Shown here: positions 35,961-43,742 of the stretch, one piece after another
Layout: each line of letters opens with the position of its first letter
How positions within the stretch are numbered: the first letter of the stretch is position 1
Assembly (NCBI GenBank): GCA_964503775.1
Contig: CAZDBS010000001.1
Location: forward strand, 9,621 to 73,620
Length of the DNA stretch: 64,000 nt
Reading direction: 5' to 3'
Source of the DNA: an uncultured Candidatus Saccharibacteria bacterium
Lineage (GTDB): Bacteria; Patescibacteriota; Saccharimonadia; Saccharimonadales; CAZDBS01
Made by a program: the position numbers and the translations under genes
Notes under the pieces: model-generated
What the model was told of the DNA's origin: nothing
The model's database searches: none
What the model saw: the letters and a program-made list of their open reading frames with translations, nothing else

Positions 35961-36260
35961 TTAAGTAACGTCTTTAACTTGAATGACAAATTCACAAGCC
36001 TTACCAATTGAAATCAAAGCGTTTGTTCGTATTTCTTTCTTAATCGGCAGCAAATACGATCCAGACTTCTTATCAGGGAAGATAGACGTATGCCAAGAAA
36101 TTCCCTTTACCTCAGCTTTGACTTTTACTGAGCCAAATCCTTTTCGGTATTCTGAAGTCAAAACCTTGATCTCGTCTGATATATCCCCGGGTAGTGTTAC
36201 AAAAACCCACGCTCCGGCGCCATCGTATAACCAAGGTTTAGCTTTAAATGTATACTCCAT
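35961..36260 (-). CDS. DUF1905 domain protein
   Basis: AWVFVTLPGDISDEI...GFGSVKVKAEVKGISWHTSIFP pattern. Confidence 0.6.
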   Translation of the reverse strand: MEYTFKAKPWLYDGAGAWVFVTLPGDISDEIKVLTSEYRKGFGSVKVKAEVKGISWHTSIFPDKKSGSYLLPIKKEIRTNALISIGKACEFVIQVKDVT

Positions 36261-36287
36261 AAGACAATACTAACAGAGCTACCAAGA

Positions 36288-37052
36288 TTAAGGTCGGAGG
36301 GTTCCGGCAAATACTTGCCAAGCCAGCAATGACTTAGCGACTAGGCTTAAGATGACATACATCCTCTCACCATACAGATAGTCCTTCCATGGGCCCACTT
36401 TTCTGTACTGCAAAATCATATTTACTGCAAAGCAGCTAAAGAACACGAATATTGATACAAAAATCCAGTATACAAATGTAGGTGCCGGACTTCCTTGATT
36501 AGCGCCTAGCCACATGTACATAGCAATCACAATCCACGGCATGATGCCCGCAAAGCACCCTATGTAGTAACTCAGCCAGTTTGTCTTTTTTGTTGTTTGA
36601 TTATGTATTTCCATGACCAAGCCCATGAGGTTCATTATGGCCGTTAACGAAAATATCATCATCAAACTGCTCAAATCATAAACTCCTACCAACATAGCTA
36701 TGGCAATCATCATTACACTAGCCGAGATAGAGTATTCTACCCATCTCATTTTATTCATTCCGAGTTTTAGATCAGAGTTATATCGTTTGTTGTGTAGGGT
36801 TGCAATGTAAAAATGAAAAACCGATGATATAAAGAAAAACAATGCAATCAATAACGGAAGTTGCAAGTTAAACAAATCGGTAGTAGCTGGCTCTAAAGCC
36901 TTACTTGAATCATTAAAAAACAAGAAATTACCAGTTACGGGTATTGCAAAGCTTTTACTTAGTACCACCACCAGAACACCCTGGAATAAATGCAAGAATC
37001 CCGCTACGAGGTTTAGTCTTTTGAATTTTGATTCGGTGATTATTTTAGTCAT
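36288..37052 (-). CDS. Heliorhodopsin
   Basis: From memory it is close to the prototype HeR 48C12. Shared blocks: VAGFLHLFQG, SSVFHFYI, RWVEYSISASVM (counterion Glu), YIGCFAGIMPWI, and YLYGERMYVILSLVAKSLLAWQVFAGTLRP (retinal Lys in SLVAKS). Confidence 0.9.
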   Translation of the reverse strand: MTKIITESKFKRLNLVAGFLHLFQGVLVVVLSKSFAIPVTGNFLFFNDSSKALEPATTDLFNLQLPLLIALFFFISSVFHFYIATLHNKRYNSDLKLGMNKMRWVEYSISASVMMIAIAMLVGVYDLSSLMMIFSLTAIMNLMGLVMEIHNQTTKKTNWLSYYIGCFAGIMPWIVIAMYMWLGANQGSPAPTFVYWIFVSIFVFFSCFAVNMILQYRKVGPWKDYLYGERMYVILSLVAKSLLAWQVFAGTLRP

Positions 37053-37095
37053 GCTTACATGATAACAAGAATGGGGGCAAGTATCTCAGATTTGT

Positions 37096-37185
37096 GGCCC
37101 AGCGGGGTCGCTACGCTCCTCCGCTCAGACATGCTCGATGCAAGCATCTGCGCGTGTCTTCGCTACACCGAACCCGCTTCGCGTG
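37096..37185 (-). repeat. Degenerate tRNA-Lys 3'-half copy interrupted in the T-loop by the conserved ~60-nt insert (copy A)
   Basis: Minus-strand sense: cgcgaa-gcgggttcg | gtgtagcgaagacacgcgcagatgcttgcatcgagcatgtctgagcggaggagcgtag | cgaccccgctgggcc. The flanks match the tRNA-Lys T-arm and 3' acceptor. Confidence 0.6.
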
Positions 37186-37204
37186 TTCCAATCTCACAGA
37201 GATC

Positions 37205-37266
37205 TCTCCATGAAAAACACCCACGCAAGGTGGGTGAATTTCATGGAGGGCCCAGCGGGGCTCGGT
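37205..37266 (-). repeat. Perfect 21-nt duplicate of the tRNA-Lys 3' end (cgagccccgctgggccctcca) with its own terminator hairpin
   Basis: 37246-37266 is identical to the 3' end of the intact tRNA at 37437-37457. It is followed, in minus-strand sense, by tgaaattc and the hairpin cacccac-cttgc-gtgggtg-ttttt. Confidence 0.7.
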
Positions 37267-37436
37267 CACCTTCGGCGACCCCGGAACTTTCATACTTTCA
37301 ACGGAGTTGAAAATCTGAAAGATTCCCTTGCGATCCGCCACTGGCGGATCTCACCCCCGACACGCTCCGCGTATCGAGAGCCCGAACTCACTAGAATCTC
37401 CAAATTCAAAACCCCTCCTTCGAGGGGCTCTGAATT

Positions 37437-37512
37437 TGGAGGGCCCAGCGGGGCTCGAACCCGCGACACGCGGCTTAAAAGGCCGCTGCTCTACCAGCTG
37501 AGCTATGGGCCC
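37437..37512 (-). tRNA. tRNA-Lys(UUU), CCA encoded
   Basis: The reverse complement is gggccca-ta-gctc-agctggta-gagc-a-gcggc-ctTTTaa-gccgc-gtgtc-gcggg-ttcgagc-cccgc-tgggccc-t-cca. Confidence 0.9.
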
Positions 37513-37575
37513 AAACCCAAAAACTACTCCTGTAAATAAAGCATATTTACAGATGAAAAGCAAATCAAACTACTC

Positions 37576-38061
37576 TCACTTATCTTCCTTTTCGCCGCCG
37601 TGGTTTTCAAACATGATAGTTATTAGACTCACGCCGACGGCAAAAAGCACAATCCAGGTTTTGTATGTTTGAAACAAACTCCAGACCGATGAGTTGCGCA
37701 GCGAATCTCGCGCGCCATAAGGTAAATAATCCGCTATGAACACCGTGATAAGCGCTACAACCCCAACAGATGGAGCAATCTGTGTGATGAGTTTACTGGC
37801 AGATTTTTGTGAGTCTCTAAAGTACAGTGCGATCAGTACCCCAGGTGCTAGGATCATAGCCAGCTGCACAAATGAATCCAATGGCAGAGATATCGATCCC
37901 TGGAGGTTTTTAACACCCGTAGAAGCCGCTTGGCCGATATTAGCTACCAATACTGAACCTGCACAGAGTGCCAGCACCACGAAGGCGCTATGGGTCTTCA
38001 TAACGATGAGGCCTAAGAATACTACCAAGAATAGACCAGCCAGTATCATATCGATGGTCAT
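37576..38061 (-). CDS. Polytopic membrane protein (hypothetical)
   Basis: I chose the start at MTIDMILAGLFLVVFLGLIV (M56 of the track ORF), which avoids overlap with the upstream DUF192 gene. 4-5 TM helices. Confidence 0.45.
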   Translation of the reverse strand: MTIDMILAGLFLVVFLGLIVMKTHSAFVVLALCAGSVLVANIGQAASTGVKNLQGSISLPLDSFVQLAMILAPGVLIALYFRDSQKSASKLITQIAPSVGVVALITVFIADYLPYGARDSLRNSSVWSLFQTYKTWIVLFAVGVSLITIMFENHGGEKEDK

Positions 38062-38083
38062 ATACCTCAATATACCACAAGCG

Positions 38084-38602
38084 CTATGGGTTGCTGGGGA
38101 TAAATTCGAGACGTTGCCCGGAACGTAACTTTGACGCTTGGCCGGCGGCAACTTCCAAGACATACCTTGCTGGTTTCGTTGGCTGAAAGACTTTCGGGTA
38201 GGTATTGGGTTTGACGTTACGCTCAACGGTTACGATCCGCTTATTCGCATCAATCCATATGATATCGATGTCCATACGCATGTCTTTCATCCAAATGCCA
38301 TGCCGGTCATCAGTCTCAAAAACGAACAACATACCATCGTTACCAGGAATCTTGGTTCGATTGGCAAGACCTCGTTGTTTCTCAGTTTCGGTCTTGACAG
38401 CCCTGGCGCACATGAGCTTGGTAGAAGTCGACCTATCTACGATCGTCACTCTGCCACCACTACAAGACACCACTGTTGGTCGTTGCTGTTGGGTTAGTAT
38501 GCCAAGCCAAATAGCTAGAAGTAGCAGAAATATGAGTTGTGGAATAAATCTAGGCGCCGATTTTATCTTTGCGGTGACGCTGCTTAGCGTTTTTCTCGAC
38601 AT
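38084..38602 (-). CDS. DUF192 (COG1430) family protein with signal anchor
   Basis: GMLFVFETDDRHGIWMKDMRMDIDIIWIDANKRIV...YVLEVAAG is the DUF192 core. The start is uncertain (38602 or 38626), and either choice overlaps the rimK 3' end. Confidence 0.6.
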   Translation of the reverse strand: MSRKTLSSVTAKIKSAPRFIPQLIFLLLLAIWLGILTQQQRPTVVSCSGGRVTIVDRSTSTKLMCARAVKTETEKQRGLANRTKIPGNDGMLFVFETDDRHGIWMKDMRMDIDIIWIDANKRIVTVERNVKPNTYPKVFQPTKPARYVLEVAAGQASKLRSGQRLEFIPSNP

Positions 38603-39455
38603 ACTCGATAATTTTTGTAGCAACATCTCGGTTGGTCATTAATTCTGGTGTCTTAATACTGGCAGACGAGTTAACCTCGAGCACGAGTGGACCCTTCTCA
38701 GACCGCATCATATCGACACCGCAGATCGTCAATCCCATAGCTTTGGCAGCTCGGATGGCAGTTTTCTCTTCTTCGTCAGTCAATTTAACTGGTTTACCAA
38801 CACCACCCTGATGCGTGTTAGACCGGAAATCGTCATCAAGACTCTGTCTCTGAACACTGGCTACAACTCGACCACCTACCACAAGAGCACGAATATCCGT
38901 ACCGGCTGATTCTTTGATAAACTCTTGAACCAGGAAACCTACGTTCTCGACAAAGAACGCCTGCATCACGGCTTTGGCAGCTTTGGTAGTTTCGGCAAGC
39001 ACCACTCCGTTGCCATGAGTACCACGAGCGACTTTGATAATTACTGGCGCACCGCCCACTAGCTCTATCACTGCATCAAAATCAGCGGTCTCACGGGCGA
39101 AGACCGTCTTGGGTACCCCTACGCCGTTTTTGGCTAAGATCTGATAAGCGCGAAGCTTGTCGCGTGAGCGTACGATAGATATAGAACTGGCAGTTGTGTA
39201 TACACCCTGCATTTCAAACTGTCGAACGACAGCCGAGCCATATTTCGTATAGCTCTGAGCGATACGTGGAATAACAGCGTCGATATCGTGGAGCGGCTCA
39301 CCTTTGTAATACACCAGCGGGTGGCCTTTCTCAATTGTCATATAACACTTCGCGTAGTTCACGATGCTGACTTTGTGCCCATGCTGCAACGCCACTTCTT
39401 TGAGGCGTTTGGTTGTGTAGTTGGCAGAACCTTTGGAGAGTATGACAATGTTCAT
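38550..39455 (-). CDS. rimK: RimK-type ATP-grasp alpha-L-glutamate ligase
   Basis: Collinear with E. coli RimK from memory: MNIVILSKG..YTTKRLKEVALQHGH, DAVIPRI, RDKLRAYQILAKNGV, GAPVIIKVARGTHGNGVVLAET, DIRALVVGGRVVA, DFRSNTHQGG, CGVDMMRSEKGPLVLEVNSS. Confidence 0.88.
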   Translation of the reverse strand: MNIVILSKGSANYTTKRLKEVALQHGHKVSIVNYAKCYMTIEKGHPLVYYKGEPLHDIDAVIPRIAQSYTKYGSAVVRQFEMQGVYTTASSISIVRSRDKLRAYQILAKNGVGVPKTVFARETADFDAVIELVGGAPVIIKVARGTHGNGVVLAETTKAAKAVMQAFFVENVGFLVQEFIKESAGTDIRALVVGGRVVASVQRQSLDDDFRSNTHQGGVGKPVKLTDEEEKTAIRAAKAMGLTICGVDMMRSEKGPLVLEVNSSASIKTPELMTNRDVATKIIEYVEKNAKQRHRKDKIGA

Positions 39456-39459
39456 ATTG

Positions 39460-40839
39460 TTACTCCTTTATGCTTAATGAAGGGTTGATTAGGAAACGAC
39501 CGCCTAGAACTCGCCTGCCTATGAGAACCGGGAAACGCATGGATCCACGATTAGTCAGTGTGAAAGAAGTCACAAACGAGCGGCCACCCAGTCGTAACCG
39601 CGTCCTAATTATATACCTTCGCTCTGTAACTTTATCCGATTTTTTTACCAGAGATACCCCGAAGTCTTCGCTTTCGCATAGTCGCAATTTATCGATTCGA
39701 TCTTTGCGAGCAACTTCCGGTACCTCAAACTGAAGCACTGTTTTGTTGCCACGTTTTACCTCACGAATGTTTTCGGCGTGGATTGATGAGCGATATGCAC
39801 CCGTATCAACCTTCGCATGAGCGTCGGTAACACCAAGTTCCGGCAAATCAACAGTTTCGTGCAGTCCTATGACCTGTAATTTCCCATGAGGCAATCGTTT
39901 GTCTAATTTAATGCGTGATTTTGCCATACGAGCTACGTATTTATTGAACTCGTCTATGATAGCCACTTGATCGCCCGACGTATCACCAGTCACGATTTGC
40001 GAACCTTGATTGGCTTCCAATACTACATACTTGGTCTGTTTGAGATTTGGTAGAACATCTACACCTGAAACCTGGAGGCCGACCGCGTCTGCAGCCTGTT
40101 CCGCCAGCTCGAATACTTTTTTTGGCACTTGAGAACTCGGGATAAACGAGGAAGCACCACCTGCTGACTCATTGTTTAGATGGCTTCCTTCTTTGCCAAC
40201 CCGACGTACTGCCACAACCGCCTTGCCGCCATAAACCTGAATTCGATAGTCAAACTTATTGGCTATATAGTGCTGTACCAGAAATGTCGTCTCTGGATAA
40301 TTTTTGATGATAGCCAATGCTTTCTTCTGCGATTTCGCTAAGAAGTTCAATTTACCCTTTTGGCCGTTGGCGTCTTTGATAATCAGCGGATATTCTAGGC
40401 TGGTTCGTTCTAGTGCATATACAGTGTGTTGTGGAGCGCAGTAAAGTGTATCGGCTACTGGTACGCCGTTTGACCAGAAACGAAACTGTGACACTAACTT
40501 ACTTCCGTCATTTTTGTTGGCAACGAGACTATCTGAAAAAGGTATGCCTATCGCCTGTAGGTAGATTGATAGAGCAGCTGCCTCATCTGGCATACTCATC
40601 CAGCGCTTGAAATATACCCAAGTATAGCCCTGTATATACCGCTCGGTTCTAGCATCAAAAATGGTTGCCACATTGTTTTTAATTTCAAAGATGAGGTCCT
40701 CAAGTGCTACATAGTCGATATCGATACCTTCTAGACCCGGTCGTTTTTGAAGTCGCTTCACAAAACCACCGAACCAAGTACTGTTTTCACTACGACGCTC
40801 AGTAAAGACCACGAGTGCTCTAGGGTTAGACTTTTTCAT
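39460..40839 (-). CDS. ATP-grasp ligase fused to C-terminal retropepsin-like (PF05618 'ATP-dependent zinc protease', RimB-type) domain
   Basis: ATP-grasp blocks PLIIKDANGQKGKLNF, FLVQHYIANKFDYRIQVYGG and SGVDVLPN...VVLEANQGSQ. The C-terminal 140 aa carries VIGLHETVDLPELGV..AHAKVDTGAYRSSIHA and RFPVLIGRRVLGGRFLINP. Confidence 0.75.
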   Translation of the reverse strand: MKKSNPRALVVFTERRSENSTWFGGFVKRLQKRPGLEGIDIDYVALEDLIFEIKNNVATIFDARTERYIQGYTWVYFKRWMSMPDEAAALSIYLQAIGIPFSDSLVANKNDGSKLVSQFRFWSNGVPVADTLYCAPQHTVYALERTSLEYPLIIKDANGQKGKLNFLAKSQKKALAIIKNYPETTFLVQHYIANKFDYRIQVYGGKAVVAVRRVGKEGSHLNNESAGGASSFIPSSQVPKKVFELAEQAADAVGLQVSGVDVLPNLKQTKYVVLEANQGSQIVTGDTSGDQVAIIDEFNKYVARMAKSRIKLDKRLPHGKLQVIGLHETVDLPELGVTDAHAKVDTGAYRSSIHAENIREVKRGNKTVLQFEVPEVARKDRIDKLRLCESEDFGVSLVKKSDKVTERRYIIRTRLRLGGRSFVTSFTLTNRGSMRFPVLIGRRVLGGRFLINPSLSIKE

Positions 40840-41767
40840 GAGAGTCTTTCATTTCGCCATAAGCCAACTCTTGAAGATACTGCATGAGTACAGGGATTTT
40901 GACTTCCGGCTGTGCACCAACTTGAATAGCTGGTTGGTCGTTAACTTCGAGGATGTAGTGCTTGCCAGTCTGATTGTTGATGATGAGATCAACACCCGCG
41001 AAACCACTGCGTCGCACTTTGTCGGCAGCCTTCAATACATCCCTTTGCTGGATGTCAGAGAGCGTACTTATCGGGACAAACTCAGCCTCGGCGCCCGCTG
41101 ACGTGTTATTAACATGCGTACCGGAGTTTTGGTCACGCATTCGCTTCATAACGAGGCGAATTTTGCCCCCCATGACAAGTACTCGATAGTCGCAGTCATT
41201 GGGTATAAACTCCTGCAGGACAAAAGACTGTTCCGGGTGGTTCGTCAGAGCGATTTTAAGTTCGTCGTAATTATTGACTAAGTAATTCATCTTGCCACCG
41301 AACGTGTCGGCCGCTTTGGCGATGAAAGGGTAGTCGAAGCGAGGATGTTTCTTGAACACCAGCAAAATCTCGCGTTTGCTGCTCATGAAGGTATTGGGCA
41401 ACGGCACATCACCACCTGACATCGTTACAAGTTCACTGACTTTAGTGTCGCTCAACACGCTCAATGGTTCTTCGGTAGTGACAGGGATACCTTGTCTCTT
41501 AAGATAAGTTACAGCTGCGAGGGCTTGTTGGGGAGCCATGAGCCACATTTCCAGATCAACGGCAGCGAAAGTATCGAGGCGCCGGTCAGTCATCGAGTCG
41601 GTTACGATTAACTCATTATCGATGATCTCGGTATGTAAATCTTTCAGGGAACCCTGAAATAACTGTAGTCCATACTCACCTTCCACAGCTTTGAGGGGCT
41701 CGAACATGATCCGATAATAATCGGTTTTGTGCTTACGATAACTAAAAAATACGAGTACGTCTTTCAT
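40826..41767 (-). CDS. Divergent RimK-like ATP-grasp ligase
   Basis: YPFIAKAADTFGGKMNYLV, FVLQEFIPNDCDYRVLVMGGKI, NNTSAGAEAE, AGVDLIINNQTGKHYILEVNDQP. Its 3' end overlaps the next ATP-grasp gene by 14 nt. Confidence 0.7.
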   Translation of the reverse strand: MKDVLVFFSYRKHKTDYYRIMFEPLKAVEGEYGLQLFQGSLKDLHTEIIDNELIVTDSMTDRRLDTFAAVDLEMWLMAPQQALAAVTYLKRQGIPVTTEEPLSVLSDTKVSELVTMSGGDVPLPNTFMSSKREILLVFKKHPRFDYPFIAKAADTFGGKMNYLVNNYDELKIALTNHPEQSFVLQEFIPNDCDYRVLVMGGKIRLVMKRMRDQNSGTHVNNTSAGAEAEFVPISTLSDIQQRDVLKAADKVRRSGFAGVDLIINNQTGKHYILEVNDQPAIQVGAQPEVKIPVLMQYLQELAYGEMKDSHEKV

Positions 41768-41808
41768 AGCATATACCTCGTGTGCAGCTTGCCTTGAGAC
41801 CAGGCTAT

Positions 41809-42387
41809 TTACGCAGCCTCTTTTAATAGATGTTTGTTTACGCGCTCAATCAACCACAGATAAGCCAAAACAATTGTATATTCCTTGCTTTCGTCACTCA
41901 CCGCCTCACCTAAGTTATGTCGTACTACCTCGTGTAGTTTGTGCATCGCCTCTAGTGCCCGTTCAGTGTCATCGCTATGCTCTGGGTTTGCTAACAATCT
42001 CGCGATTCTTGGAACTTCTTTATGTCGGTCAGGCTTTGGGGCTGGGACATCGCCTCGTATCCGTATAGTAACTACTTTGCCAAAAGTTTCCACAAATCCA
42101 CCCACAAAATCATCTCGCGGCTCGACACCACTCAATAATTTTCGTTCACCCTCACCTGGCACGTATATACGTCGGCCTTTTTTGCCGCACTGGAAATACT
42201 TCAACTGATCTGGGTCGTTTGGTTCAGGCGTATTTACAACGACCGGGATCTCACCTATTTCAGGAAAGTCATCTTCAAAACCACGCAAAAGCTCTGTACC
42301 CAAAGCCTCCATAGCTTCAGGGGTCAAGAGAGCCTCATGTTGGGGATCTTGATTATGGTTTTCTCCATTTGACGATACTTCACTCAT
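41809..42387 (-). CDS. Acidic 192-aa hypothetical protein, first gene of the ATP-grasp operon
   Basis: No recognisable domain. Same strand, 41 nt upstream of the first ATP-grasp gene. Confidence 0.45.
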   Translation of the reverse strand: MSEVSSNGENHNQDPQHEALLTPEAMEALGTELLRGFEDDFPEIGEIPVVVNTPEPNDPDQLKYFQCGKKGRRIYVPGEGERKLLSGVEPRDDFVGGFVETFGKVVTIRIRGDVPAPKPDRHKEVPRIARLLANPEHSDDTERALEAMHKLHEVVRHNLGEAVSDESKEYTIVLAYLWLIERVNKHLLKEAA

Positions 42388-42462
42388 GAGGTGTATTTTA
42401 CCATAGATCTAGTTATTTGGCAATGCCCTCAATCTGTTTAAAACCTATCTATCAAATCACTT

Positions 42463-42567
42463 CTATTGTGAGGAAACCCGCCAAAATGCCGCAACTATCA
42501 CAACTAATACGATTACCAAGATAGCCGCAAGCATTATTACAAAACCATTTTCTGTCAATCGCTTCAT
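42463..42567 (-). CDS. 34-aa peptide consisting only of the GF...[WT]RV N-terminal module (tentative)
   Basis: My translation is MKRLTENGFVIMLAAILVIVLVVIVAAFWRVSSQ. It is below the ORF-track cutoff, and I saw no strong RBS. Confidence 0.3.
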   Translation of the reverse strand: MKRLTENGFVIMLAAILVIVLVVIVAAFWRVSSQ

Positions 42568-42629
42568 GATGCGCGCCCGCCCTAGCGCTTTGTTAATCAG
42601 AGTATATGACGAATAAGCATAGGCGTAAA

Positions 42630-43736
42630 CTAGAATATTCGACGTTTTGGCTTATCTTTAAACTCTTCTAGCAATTCCGCTTGTTTTTTACTGAGTTTAG
42701 TTGGCGTATCTACGAGAATAGTCACGATATGGGAACCTCGACTGGAGCCTTTGAGATGAGGTACGCCATGGCCAGATAACTTGAAATCTGAACCGCTTTG
42801 CGTGCCAGCTGGAACCTTCATATTTACTGGACCATCGACTGTTTCGACTTCTATCGTCGTGCCAAGGGCGGCATCAACCATCTCGACATGTTCTTTGGAT
42901 AGGATAAGGTCACCTTCGCGGGTAAATTTCTTGTGTGGTTTGACCCTTACATTGACATAGAGATCGCCTTTCGGTCCGTTGGCGATAGCCTCACCGTGCT
43001 CACGCAAGCGAATAGTGGCCCCATCATCAATACCGGCTGGGATTTTGAGATTTATGGTTTGCTGCTCGGGTGAAGTACCTTTGCCCCGACACACGCTGCA
43101 AATTTTCTCCGGTACTTTACCTCTACCGTTACAGACATGACAGACAATTGCCTGTTGGATATTACCGAAAATGGTTCGAGTAGCCGTGACCACTTGTCCT
43201 CGTCCGCCACAAGTTTCACAAGTTTTGAGCTCATGGCCTGGCTCGACTGTCGTACCTTTGCAGTGTTCGCAAGTATCATCCAGACGAATATGCAAATCTT
43301 TCTCGACACCAAACACTGCTTCTTCGAAACTTAGTTCAACACTGGTCTGGACGTCGTGACCTCGCGCTTGACGACCCCCACGCTGTTGCCCACTGAATCC
43401 GCCGCCGAAGAAACTACCCAATATATCCCCGAGACCCAAGTCTCCGAAATCAAAATGAACATTTTGGCCATCAAAGCCGCCAAAACCATTAAACCCACCA
43501 CCGTCACTCGCGGCACTTGATCCAACGCCGGCATGACCAAATTGATCATAACGTTTGCGTTTCTCGCTGTCTTTCAGAACTTCATACGCTTCGTTAAGCT
43601 CTTTGAACTTACTCTCATCGCCACCCTCTTTATCTGGGTGATGCTGGACGGCCAGCCGACGAAAGGCTTTTTTGATCTCGTCAGCACTGGCATTTTTGGA
43701 AACACCTAAGACTTCGTAATAGTCTCGTTTGGACAT
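42630..43736 (-). CDS. dnaJ: Chaperone DnaJ
   Basis: J-domain with HPD (QHHPDK), G/F region, and four CxxCxGxG zinc-finger repeats. Confidence 0.96.
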   Translation of the reverse strand: MSKRDYYEVLGVSKNASADEIKKAFRRLAVQHHPDKEGGDESKFKELNEAYEVLKDSEKRKRYDQFGHAGVGSSAASDGGGFNGFGGFDGQNVHFDFGDLGLGDILGSFFGGGFSGQQRGGRQARGHDVQTSVELSFEEAVFGVEKDLHIRLDDTCEHCKGTTVEPGHELKTCETCGGRGQVVTATRTIFGNIQQAIVCHVCNGRGKVPEKICSVCRGKGTSPEQQTINLKIPAGIDDGATIRLREHGEAIANGPKGDLYVNVRVKPHKKFTREGDLILSKEHVEMVDAALGTTIEVETVDGPVNMKVPAGTQSGSDFKLSGHGVPHLKGSSRGSHIVTILVDTPTKLSKKQAELLEEFKDKPKRRIF

Positions 43737-43742
43737 TAGACC

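Noticed and set aside
37093-37436. The idea that the structured segment ending in a tRNA-like CCA end is a tmRNA or an intron-containing tRNA.
   Set aside because: - It is too short for tmRNA.
- The 3' end copies tRNA-Lys rather than the Ala-like G3-U70 acceptor.
- No matching 5' acceptor strand (gggccca) is present upstream.
- No tag reading frame is seen.

I keep it only as a repeat or scar with a possible small RNA.
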